A DNA stretch of 64,000 nt from Candidatus Cloacimonadales bacterium. Its GTDB lineage: Bacteria > Cloacimonadota > Cloacimonadia > Cloacimonadales > JAFGVF01. The position numbers were made by a program, and so were the translations under genes. A model generated the notes under the pieces. The model did no database searches and was not told the origin of the DNA. It was given only the letters and a program-made list of their open reading frames with translations. The stretch is from NCBI GenBank assembly GCA_963663475.2, contig CAXXJV010000001.1:1440001-1504000 (forward strand). The letters run 5' to 3'. This document shows, one piece after another, positions 31,301 through 39,424 of the stretch. The stretch's first letter is position 1. The number at the start of each line of letters is the position of its first letter.

Positions 31301-31962
31301 TGACCTAATAATTTACGGGCAAAGATATCAGAGTTAAAGCCTTCGGTTTTAGACATTACTATTTTGAAGTTGTTAGACTTTTCAAACTCATTTATTACTA
31401 AATCATAGAGTTCTTTATATTTATTAAAGAACTCTTTGGTAACTGGTTCAACAGCAAATCTACCCACTAAATCAGCAAAATCTTTTATTTTTGCTGTTCC
31501 GTTTATCTGTTTAGCTTTTACTAATTTATCAAAGAGTGTTCCTAGTTTAGCTTCATTTCCCAAGAGATAGGAATAACGTCTGGGATTTGAGAAAAATTTC
31601 TTAGTCTTTTTATTATCTAATTCTAAATCTATTGTTATCAAGGATAGTCTATAGTTGGCTAAATTAGCTGATGTAAAGAAAACTATGGCTCTATTCTTAT
31701 TGAAAGTAGCTAATATTTTGAAGGCATCACGGGAGATAGTAACACGAGGGTCATTTTCAGAATCATGATGCATCTCAAAAACAGCTAAATCTAAGACTTT
31801 TGAACTTCCTAATAAAGTAACTTGATTTATCTTATTAGCTTTGAAAGATAATTGATCAGTTACATCTTGGATATCTATTTCAAAATCATCTGGTAATAAA
31901 TATGTTTTTAAAAAATCTAAATATTTATCTCTATTGTATTTTTCACTGAATAATGAAATCAT
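28351..31962 (-). CDS. Type IIG/Eco57I-like N6-adenine DNA methyltransferase with C-terminal TaqI-like target-recognition region
   Basis: GAFYTPREIV, motif I DPAVGSGAF, motif IV GNPPY, ITSNKWMRA, RGRDIKRY. Confidence 0.9.
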   Translation of the reverse strand: MISLFSEKYNRDKYLDFLKTYLLPDDFEIDIQDVTDQLSFKANKINQVTLLGSSKVLDLAVFEMHHDSENDPRVTISRDAFKILATFNKNRAIVFFTSANLANYRLSLITIDLELDNKKTKKFFSNPRRYSYLLGNEAKLGTLFDKLVKAKQINGTAKIKDFADLVGRFAVEPVTKEFFNKYKELYDLVINEFEKSNNFKIVMSKTEGFNSDIFARKLLGQITFLYFLQKKRWLGGDPSNTNDWTDGRQDFLRWGFKKCQKEGYNYFDKFLEKLFYEGLNQVGDSFKFNDAFLKIPYLNGGLFECPYEYDETIIFAPSNELFSNDKNTGILDIFDQYNFTIDENTYFEQDIAIDPEMLGKVFENLLDDINRKGKGAFYTPREIVNYMTRESLKQFLITKLQDKENIEEKLDHLFEYKDLYLNKGDFANDEQEKEFEKQFDELYDIVEEVNKLLVNIKIADPAVGSGAFPMGILHEIVSIRSYIKDQFLNEHVSLYKLKKETIQKCIYGVDIDNGAIEIAKIRFWLSLVVDAEIPEALPNFDYKFMQGNSLIESFGDININQVRTKYSDLEKKDEEITNKIADINQQVEMIQKKFFAEFTETSVQNQDFLDQIKALEKQKKTLTNDKKKLATQLNKNSLLLEEDQMIDQLHYLQEKLYKENDKNQKVSLRNEIEDTIVKIFKTRIENDKEEYFQAYNQMISTANQLPTHEQREAYIQAESAQLKKKYKFDYQELEAQLHEFTKKDKIRPFFPWHLYFADVFKENGGFDIVIGNPPYVQIQTLSGQKIQETYENQKYLSFAKTGDLYCIFYERGVQILSEYGLLCFITSNKWMRAKYGEKLRDYFAKYTNPIKLIDFGGFKVFDSATVDTNILLSQKKITHKHYLQACTIGSDYLKDSNLSNYFVENTVVINNFSKESLIISSQEEMRIKEKIERIGTPLKDWDVNINRGILTGFNEAFIISGAKKDELIRQDPKSAEIIRPILRGRDIKRYRAEFADLWLIYVPWHFPLQNDPNIKGASPIAEQAFQEQYPAIYGHLLSYKEQLSNRNKSETGIRYEWYALQRWGANYWEEFNRQKIIYPETVQQAEFALDDNKFMIDKTCFMIIAENPEYLLGTLNSRLFQFAYKRLYSSIELGVNGYQYNKHALVKLPVYKAPMSIINEITQNINALASKYENMTIKNEIDIKINQLYKLSKEDISFLKSYK
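28735..28764 (-). repeat. Inner inverted repeat, right copy (inside MTase CDS)
   Basis: Reverse complement of 26298-26327. Confidence 0.95.
28964..29027 (-). repeat. Outer inverted repeat, right copy (inside MTase CDS)
   Basis: Reverse complement of 26053-26116. Confidence 0.95.
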
Positions 31963-32336
31963 TTTTTCTCCTTATAGGGTAAATTAATTCTTGAATTAGT
32001 TAAGACCTTAAGTTGATCAATAACTATTTTGTTAAGTAATAGAAGTCTTTCCTGAGCAGGAATATTTTCTTCAATATATATGACATTAGCATTAGAACCA
32101 GCTTGGTTTCTAAAGGTGTCGAATTCGACCCCTTTAAAACTAGGATTATGTAATTTCTCCCATAAACCCAAAAACTCAATTGTATTTTTACTCCTTAGCC
32201 AGTTTTTTACAACATCTTTAGGTTCATCTGGATTTTTATATCTTGCAATATCTGTTAATGATATGTAACTATTATTATCAAGACCCTTAATTTTAACCTC
32301 AATATTAAATACTTCTATAACCTTTGTTTTAGCCAA
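31959..32336 (-). CDS. KilA-N domain DNA-binding protein (short, possibly internally deleted)
   Basis: YISLTDIARYK, NWLRSKNTIEFLGLWE.LHNP.FKGVEFD; stop overlaps the MTase start (ATGA). Confidence 0.75.
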   Translation of the reverse strand: MAKTKVIEVFNIEVKIKGLDNNSYISLTDIARYKNPDEPKDVVKNWLRSKNTIEFLGLWEKLHNPSFKGVEFDTFRNQAGSNANVIYIEENIPAQERLLLLNKIVIDQLKVLTNSRINLPYKEKK

Positions 32337-32347
32337 ATCTCCCCCTA

Positions 32348-35300
32348 TTAAAACTCTTCTGCTAAGATTAGTCTTTCCTTACCATCATTAACACTAGTGG
32401 ATTTTTTTATAATTCTCTCAAGATATTGATGAGGTACTTCTTCTTTGAATTCTTCTATGTCATCTTTAAGTGTTTTTTTATCAAAAGCTCTAATCAATTT
32501 AGCAAATCTATCTGGTAAGCCATCAAGAGATTCTAAAACTACTAATAAGTCATCTAAATAGTCCTTATCTTCATTAAGCATTGATTTGATAACTTTTAAT
32601 TTGTCAATAGCTTGTCTTCTTCCTTTATCACTTGCTAATTCACTCTTCTTAATAAAGAGTTTTTCTTTAATTTTCTGATAGATATTATCAAAATTATTTG
32701 TTACAGATAAGCTTGATTCTTCAACTTCAGCCTCAAAGAGTTGAAAAGCATCTTTAACACTTAAAGAGACTACTTCCTTACCATCTGATGAGAATTTAAA
32801 GGTGTATTCATCACCTTTACTTCCAAAGACAATCACTCCACTGCTTTTACTTGCTGATCTTCTTATTCTTGTTCTATGAGGTATTTCTTTAGACTTTTCT
32901 ATGACCTCTGGATTAGTAAGCTTGAGTTTATTATAGAAATCTAAATATTCTGCATCCCAAGATACTTGTTCCTGATTGGCAAACTCTTTTTCATATTGTT
33001 TTGCATAAAAGGACTCAAGTGTTTCATCAGGAGTAAGGATTTTTGTATCACTTCCTAAAATTGCTTGAATAACAGCTAATTTTAAGGTTGAAATTTGCTT
33101 AGTTCTTACATGCTGAGCTCCAATGTCAGTGGGGAAGTAGTTATAGATATATAGTTTTTCAAAGACTTTCTTATCTATTCTGTTAATTCGTCCTACTCTT
33201 TGAATCACTCTTGTAGGATTATAAGGAATATCATAGTTGAAAATAGTACCTGCTCTATGGAGATTATAACCTTCAGATATAGAATCAGTAGCTACCAAGA
33301 TATCGAAGTCATTTTTTTGTGCATTCTTGTAACTGGCATCAAAGTTTTCTTTAATAATTTCTTTGTTATTCTTACTAGCTTCACTACCAGAGTATTTGAA
33401 TATTCTAAACTCATCTTTTAAGCTTTTATAGAGATATTGGGCTGTATCATTGAATTCAGTGAAAATAACTATTTTCCTATTTGGTTCACTGGCTAACTGA
33501 TTCTTGATTATCTCTTTGAAATGGTCAAGCTTGGGGTCTGTTTTGACCTTTTTCCACTCTTCTTGAATGGATTTCAAGAGGTCTATATCACTTCTCAAGT
33601 CTCTTGCAAAACTAACTTTTATTTCATTGGCTTCAATAATCATTAACCCTTTTTCATAGTATTTTTGCAGTTGACCCTCAAAAGTGAAATTAAATAATTC
33701 TTCCGATATATCATCACCCATATCATCCATGAGAGAATCTACATCAGGTAGTTTACCCTTTTTATAAATGGGGACTTTATGAAGTCTATCATGCCAATCT
33801 AGGATTAACTCAAAAGATTTAATCATATTCTCTAAAGAATTCATAAAGGCTTGGAAAGAACTTTCAAAACGTCTGACTAATAAATGCTTCATAAATTTAG
33901 CAATATTCATTTGAGATTTTCTAAAGAGGTTTATATCTCCAAACTCTTTAGTGATCTTCTCTTTATATTTATCATAATCTTTTAAATAAGATACTGGTTT
34001 ATACCTTGCACCCTCTAATCCCTTGCCTTTATCTTCTGTAGAGATTATTTTCAAGGTTTTAAGATAAAGTTCACTAAGACTACCCAGATTATATTCTTGC
34101 ACAATTGGGTCATGAACCTGTGAGTAAGAAATATTTTGATGGTCTAAATCTAGGCGATACTTTTCAATCTTTTCTAAATCAATTCTACTCCTTCTAATTA
34201 AAACAGGGGATAGTATATCTCTGATCTTATCAGAAAGTTCATTAATGCGTCTTTTTAATTCAACCTCATTAATAGAACTATCTTTCTGTTTTTTTTGGAT
34301 ATTTTTATATTCAATAATTAGGCTTTTAAACTGTAATGCTAAGTTATCAACTGTTTGAATTGTTGTCTTCGAGGGAAGTTGAAACAATTTAATCATAGAA
34401 AAGATGTCTTGAGGTCTGTTATTAAAAGGTGTTGCTGTAAGTAGTATAACCTTATTCCCTTGGCAAAGCTGATGAAGCATTCCGTAGTCTCGAGTCATTT
34501 CATTTCTATACTTGTGGGCTTCATCGATTATGATTAGTTTCTCTTCAGTAAAGTCGTTATCTTTCAAAGCATCTTCAATTTTTCCACTACTATATACTTT
34601 TGCTCTAAAATCGAACTCATACCAATAATCATTCCATTGTTCCACCAGATGAGGAGGGGCAATGATAACTGCTTTTCTTCTTAGATTATAGGCAATTGCT
34701 GAAGCTATAATACTTTTTCCTAAACCTACAACATCAGAGATAATTACTCCATTGTGTTTTTTGATTATGTCTAATCCTCTATGTAAAGCATCTGTTTGAT
34801 ATTCTAAATCAAAGTATGCTTCATCAGTAATCTGTGAGGGAAGTTTTATGTTATTATCTTTCTTAAGTGAAAAGTATTCATCTAAGACTCTGACATACAT
34901 AATGAATGGTTTTGGTAACTTTTCAAACCAAATCTTTTCAACTACACTTTCCAAAAAGTCAGCCAGGTTATTTTTACTTACTATATCAATTCCTGTTTCC
35001 CATAGCTCATCAAATAGTTTTTTCCCTTGATTATATGTTTTATCTCTAAAAATTGTATTGATTTCACCTTGGCCGTAGAGTCCTGATCTAGTTAGATTAC
35101 TAGAACCAGTTATCATTGTTCCAGGGAAACTTCCACCTTGATTATGTTCAGGTATCGCTTGGAAAAGATAGAGCTTCGAGTGATTTGGTTTTAGTGTTTT
35201 CCTAATCTCAAGACTTCCATTTTTTATTTTTTCTATAAATAGTTTGAATGATCTCTGCTTGTCTTCAGAATCAAAGAAATCACTATCATTGAAGAATTTA

Positions 35301-35572
35301 ACAAAATTCTCATTATATTCTCTTCTTATTTGGCTTTTAGATTTTTCAATATTTTCCACAAGCTCGAACTCTCTAAATTTGTTGAGAATGTTCTTTTCAA
35401 TGTCAAGACCTACAAGTATTTTTATCTCTTTATCTATGATCTCATCAGAAATTTCACTAAAACCAGAATAATAAAAATATCCTACTAAAACAAATAGCTT
35501 GTCTGTTGAAGGTAATATTTTACATATTTCATCACCAAGTTTTTGTTCATGATTTGTAATTAAATCAGCCAT
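32348..35572 (-). CDS. PLD-nuclease domain + SF2 (SNF2-like) helicase
   Basis: VGYFY, HSKLYL...GSSNLT (PLD-like), DVVGLGKS, DEAH, LTATP, SEGYNL, QRVGRINR; GGAG RBS before ATG at 35572. Confidence 0.88.
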   Translation of the reverse strand: MADLITNHEQKLGDEICKILPSTDKLFVLVGYFYYSGFSEISDEIIDKEIKILVGLDIEKNILNKFREFELVENIEKSKSQIRREYNENFVKFFNDSDFFDSEDKQRSFKLFIEKIKNGSLEIRKTLKPNHSKLYLFQAIPEHNQGGSFPGTMITGSSNLTRSGLYGQGEINTIFRDKTYNQGKKLFDELWETGIDIVSKNNLADFLESVVEKIWFEKLPKPFIMYVRVLDEYFSLKKDNNIKLPSQITDEAYFDLEYQTDALHRGLDIIKKHNGVIISDVVGLGKSIIASAIAYNLRRKAVIIAPPHLVEQWNDYWYEFDFRAKVYSSGKIEDALKDNDFTEEKLIIIDEAHKYRNEMTRDYGMLHQLCQGNKVILLTATPFNNRPQDIFSMIKLFQLPSKTTIQTVDNLALQFKSLIIEYKNIQKKQKDSSINEVELKRRINELSDKIRDILSPVLIRRSRIDLEKIEKYRLDLDHQNISYSQVHDPIVQEYNLGSLSELYLKTLKIISTEDKGKGLEGARYKPVSYLKDYDKYKEKITKEFGDINLFRKSQMNIAKFMKHLLVRRFESSFQAFMNSLENMIKSFELILDWHDRLHKVPIYKKGKLPDVDSLMDDMGDDISEELFNFTFEGQLQKYYEKGLMIIEANEIKVSFARDLRSDIDLLKSIQEEWKKVKTDPKLDHFKEIIKNQLASEPNRKIVIFTEFNDTAQYLYKSLKDEFRIFKYSGSEASKNNKEIIKENFDASYKNAQKNDFDILVATDSISEGYNLHRAGTIFNYDIPYNPTRVIQRVGRINRIDKKVFEKLYIYNYFPTDIGAQHVRTKQISTLKLAVIQAILGSDTKILTPDETLESFYAKQYEKEFANQEQVSWDAEYLDFYNKLKLTNPEVIEKSKEIPHRTRIRRSASKSSGVIVFGSKGDEYTFKFSSDGKEVVSLSVKDAFQLFEAEVEESSLSVTNNFDNIYQKIKEKLFIKKSELASDKGRRQAIDKLKVIKSMLNEDKDYLDDLLVVLESLDGLPDRFAKLIRAFDKKTLKDDIEEFKEEVPHQYLERIIKKSTSVNDGKERLILAEEF

Positions 35573-35696
35573 GCACACTCCAAGTAATAAGTTTAGTGTC
35601 ATATAATACAAGTATTAAAAATTAATCAAGAAAAAAAATAGCTAAAAATTATTCTACTAAAAATAAAAGTCACCTTGTATCTACCTATTCGTCGGT

Positions 35697-35730
35697 AGTC
35701 CCTTGCCTAGGGCTGAGGAAGTCTGGTCTC
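35697..35730 (+). repeat. 34-bp direct repeat, right copy
   Basis: agtcccttgcctagggctgaggaagtctggtctc. Confidence 0.85.
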
Positions 35731-35751
35731 TAAAATAAGATAAAAAAGTTA

Positions 35752-35775
35752 TTGACAGATTGACGTATTTGTCAA
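35752..35775 (+). promoter_or_regulatory. Putative ars promoter -35 with overlapping palindromic operator
   Basis: TTGACAgat...atttGTCAA inverted repeat immediately upstream of arsR. Confidence 0.5.
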
Positions 35776-35801
35776 ACTTGAAATCAAAAGGAGATTTTAC
35801 T

Positions 35802-36134
35802 ATGGGATATTCAAAAGAAAAGTATGAGATGTTAGCAGATATCTTAAAGGCTGCTGCTCATCCAGTTAGACTTTATATTTTAGAGACTTTAGCTGAGCGT
35901 AAGCTTTGTGTAAAGGAGTTTGCTGATGAATTAGGTTTTGATATATCAACAATATCAAAACACTTAACACAGATGAAGAAGAGTGGATTAATTTATGATT
36001 ATCGGGAAGGTAATTGTGTTTATTATAATATCAGATGCGATTGTGTTGCTCGGTTTTTAGCTGCTTCTAAAGATATTTTAATTACTAATTTGGAGAGAGA
36101 TAGACAGTTAATGACTAGGTTGGAGGACAAATGA
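35802..36134 (+). CDS. arsR: ArsR/SmtB family transcriptional regulator
   Basis: KAAAHPVRL.IL, LCV, STISKHL, REG..VYY; heads the ars cluster. Confidence 0.85.
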   Translation: MGYSKEKYEMLADILKAAAHPVRLYILETLAERKLCVKEFADELGFDISTISKHLTQMKKSGLIYDYREGNCVYYNIRCDCVARFLAASKDILITNLERDRQLMTRLEDK

Positions 36135-37426
36135 CCTGGAAAAAAGAGATAAAGATTTTATTGTTAATGATTGCTGTATTTTTAGTTTCCTTTAATTTAC
36201 CAGTTGATTCAGCACGTTTTCAAAACGCAGTAATGGAGTCTTTTCATCTCCTTAAGGAGTATGCTCAACTTCATGTTATATTATGCTTATTACCAGCTCT
36301 TTTTATAGCAGGTGCAATTGGTGTATTTATATCACAAAATGCAGTTATGAAATACTTGGGAGCCAAAGCTAAACGGGTAGTCGCATATTCAGTTGCTGCT
36401 GTTTCTGGTTCAATTTTAGCAGTTTGTTCCTGTACTATTCTCCCTCTCTTTAGTGGTATTTACAAACGAGGTGCAGGCTTAGGACCAGCAACAGCATTTT
36501 TATATTCTGGGCCAGCTATTAATATTTTGGCTATTATTCTCACAGCAAGAATTTTAGGCCTGGAGATGGGTATTGCTAGAGCAGTAGGGGCAATAGTTTT
36601 TAGTATAGTTATAGGTCTGCTTATGGGTTTTATTTTCCGCAAGGAAGAGAAGGCAAAAGCAGATATTCAAATGCAGATGCCAGATGTTGAAGCAGATAGG
36701 CCTTTATGGCATAATATGATTTTCTTTGGTTCAATGATTATGATTTTAGTATTTGCAAACTGGGCAAAACCAGCTGTTGAGTCAGGACTTTGGTATGCTA
36801 TCTATAATGTAAAATGGATTGTAACTTCAATCTTTGCTATTGCTTTAGGAGTTATTCTAGTAAGTTTATATGAAATGAAGGTTTGGAAAATGGGTCTAGT
36901 AGCCTTAGCAGTGGTAATTGCAGGTTTCTTAACTTCATGGCAACCTTTAATCCCTTTTGTTGTAGGAATTATCGGTTTATCTTATTTTACTAGTAAAGAT
37001 GAAGATGAGGCTGGAGAGTGGTTTGAATCCACTTGGGAGTTTGCCAAGCAAATTTTACCCTTGCTTTTCTTTGGTGTATTAGTTGCTGGCTTACTTTTAG
37101 CTAGACCAGGTCAAGAAGGTTTAATTCCTTCAGAATGGATTTCAAGCTTAGTAGGAGGAAACTCTGTATTTGCCAATTTCTTTGCCTCTATTGTGGGTGC
37201 CTTTATGTATTTCGCAACTCTGACAGAAGTCCCAATTATTCAAGGATTAATGGGAAATGGAATGGGAAAAGGTCCTGCTTTAGCACTCTTACTAGCTGGT
37301 CCAGCCTTATCACTACCTAATATGCTTGTGATAAGAAGTGTGATGGGAACCAAAAAGACCCTTGTTTTTGTCTCATTGGTAGTAGTTATGGCTACAATAT
37401 CTGGTTTGATCTTTGGGAAAATTTAG
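36131..37426 (+). CDS. ArsP/DUF318-type permease
   Basis: VCSCTILPLF, FLYSGPAIN, YFATLTEVP, GPALSLP. Confidence 0.8.
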   Translation: MTWKKEIKILLLMIAVFLVSFNLPVDSARFQNAVMESFHLLKEYAQLHVILCLLPALFIAGAIGVFISQNAVMKYLGAKAKRVVAYSVAAVSGSILAVCSCTILPLFSGIYKRGAGLGPATAFLYSGPAINILAIILTARILGLEMGIARAVGAIVFSIVIGLLMGFIFRKEEKAKADIQMQMPDVEADRPLWHNMIFFGSMIMILVFANWAKPAVESGLWYAIYNVKWIVTSIFAIALGVILVSLYEMKVWKMGLVALAVVIAGFLTSWQPLIPFVVGIIGLSYFTSKDEDEAGEWFESTWEFAKQILPLLFFGVLVAGLLLARPGQEGLIPSEWISSLVGGNSVFANFFASIVGAFMYFATLTEVPIIQGLMGNGMGKGPALALLLAGPALSLPNMLVIRSVMGTKKTLVFVSLVVVMATISGLIFGKI

Positions 37427-37456
37427 AAAGTATAAACATAAAAAAAAGGAGAAAGG

Positions 37457-37690
37457 ATGATTATTAAAGTATTAGGCACAGGTTGTGCTAAGTGTAAGAA
37501 ACTAGAAGAAGAAGCTAGGAAAGCAGTTGCTGAATCAGGAATTGAAGCTAGTGTGGAAAAGGTTACAGATTTGAATGATATTATGGCTTATAACGTGATG
37601 ATGACTCCTGCCTTGGTAATTGATGAAAAGGTGGTTTCAGCGGGAAGAGTCTTATCTGCCAAGAAAATTATAGCATTTTTACAAGGATAA
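37457..37690 (+). CDS. Small redox-active disulfide protein (thioredoxin family)
   Basis: IKVLGTGCAKC, MMTPALVID. Confidence 0.85.
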   Translation: MIIKVLGTGCAKCKKLEEEARKAVAESGIEASVEKVTDLNDIMAYNVMMTPALVIDEKVVSAGRVLSAKKIIAFLQG

Positions 37691-37700
37691 GAGGGATTAT

Positions 37701-38087
37701 ATGAAAAAAGTACTCTTTCTCTGCACAGGTAACTCATGTCGTAGTCAAATGGCTCAGGGATTTATGCAAGAGTATGCAGGGTATGAAGCTTTTTCTGCTG
37801 GAACAAAACCAGCAGAAAGAGTTAATCCCAAGGCAATAATAGTTATGCAAGAGCTGGGAATAGATATTTCAACCCATAGACCAAAGTTAGTTGATGAGTA
37901 TTTGGATCAAGAATTTGATTATGTAATAACAGTCTGTGATTCAGCTAAAGAGTCTTGCCCAGTATTCACTGGTAAAGTAAAGAATCGACTACATATAAGT
38001 TTCCAAGATCCAGATGGATATGATTTAGATAAATTTAGAGAAGTACGCGATTTAATTGCTGAGGCTATTAAAAACTTAGCTAAATAA
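37701..38087 (+). CDS. arsC: Arsenate reductase (LMW-PTP fold)
   Basis: CTGNSCRSQMA, VITVCD..ESCPVF, DP. Confidence 0.88.
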   Translation: MKKVLFLCTGNSCRSQMAQGFMQEYAGYEAFSAGTKPAERVNPKAIIVMQELGIDISTHRPKLVDEYLDQEFDYVITVCDSAKESCPVFTGKVKNRLHISFQDPDGYDLDKFREVRDLIAEAIKNLAK

Positions 38088-38096
38088 GGAGATAAA

Positions 38097-39200
38097 ATGA
38101 GCCAAATGTGCCAGGTAAGTCAGAAAAAGTTTGAGGGGCAAGAATTAAATATTTTTGAGAAATATTTAACTTTCTGGGTTTTTCTCTGTATAGGAATAGG
38201 GATAACTTTAGGGAAAGTGATTCCTGCAGTTGCAATAACTTTAGATTCATGGTCAGTATATCAAATATCACTACCAATAGCTATCTGTCTTTTCTTTATG
38301 ATGTACCCAATCATGGTTAAAATAGATTTTGGGCAAGTCATAAAGGCTGGTAAGACACCCAAGCCTGTTATTCTTACTTTATTGATAAACTGGCTAATTA
38401 AACCTTTTACTATGTTTTTTATTGCAAGTTTCTTTTTAACCCTTTTCCATAAGTATGGTTTTATATTCGGAAGAGAGATTTTGAAGAATGGACAAGAAGT
38501 TGACCTGTATAGAAGTTATATTTCGGGAGCTATACTCTTAGGAATTGCTCCCTGTACTGCAATGGTCTTAGTTTGGTCTTGGTTAGCTAAAGGTAACATG
38601 GGGCATACCCTAATTATGGTAGCAATAAATTCATTAACTATGCTTGTTTTATATGCTCCTTTAGGTGGATACTTGCTTGGTGAAAACCAAATGCCGATAC
38701 CCTGGCAGACAATTGTTTTATCAGTTTTGATTTATGTTGCTCTTCCTTTAGTGTCAGGTTATTTTTCCCGCAAATGGATTATTAATCATAAAGGTAGAGA
38801 ATTTTTTGAAAGAAAATTTGTTCCAAAACTAGGCAGAGTTTCAATTATTGCCTTGTTAACCACACTGATTCTTCTATTTTCATTTAAAGGAGAAGTGATT
38901 ATAAAACAACCTCTTACAATTATTTGGATTGCTATTCCACTTTTTATTCAGACTATACTTATTTTTGTAATTGGCTACATTTTAGCTAAAGTTTTTAAAC
39001 TGTCTTATGATAATGCAGCCCCAGTTGCAATGATTGGGGCCTCAAATCATTTTGAAGTAGCAATAGCAACTTCAACAATGCTCTTTGGTCTATCCTCTGG
39101 GGCTTCTCTTGCTACTGTGGTAGGTGTGTTAATCGAAGTACCAGTAATGCTCTTGCTAGTAAAAGTTTGCTTGAAAACAAAATTCCTTTTTAATAAATAA
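38097..39200 (+). CDS. acr3: Acr3-family arsenite efflux transporter
   Basis: [44 protein letters not shown]. Confidence 0.92.
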   Translation: MSQMCQVSQKKFEGQELNIFEKYLTFWVFLCIGIGITLGKVIPAVAITLDSWSVYQISLPIAICLFFMMYPIMVKIDFGQVIKAGKTPKPVILTLLINWLIKPFTMFFIASFFLTLFHKYGFIFGREILKNGQEVDLYRSYISGAILLGIAPCTAMVLVWSWLAKGNMGHTLIMVAINSLTMLVLYAPLGGYLLGENQMPIPWQTIVLSVLIYVALPLVSGYFSRKWIINHKGREFFERKFVPKLGRVSIIALLTTLILLFSFKGEVIIKQPLTIIWIAIPLFIQTILIFVIGYILAKVFKLSYDNAAPVAMIGASNHFEVAIATSTMLFGLSSGASLATVVGVLIEVPVMLLLVKVCLKTKFLFNK

Positions 39201-39424
39201 GGCTATAAGCCTGTAAATTTTTAAGGATAAGCTATTGGGGAAGGTGGATTGACTGTTGAACATTCTCTTAAAGCCAAAGTTATGGTCAAATTAATAAGTT
39301 CTTGACTTATTTTCCCTTGTCAAAAATCTAAAACAGTAATCTAAATAACTAATTCAATTATCCCAGATAGTGTTATTCACAAAGATCTATTGCATTGTTT
39401 GGGATTATACTAAGGAGAATGTTA

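Noticed and set aside
39395-39424. ORF-track starts at 39395 (lon), 52309 (kinase), 35611 (helicase) and 35760 (arsR)
   Set aside because: They fall in repeat or promoter DNA; downstream ATGs have clear RBSs
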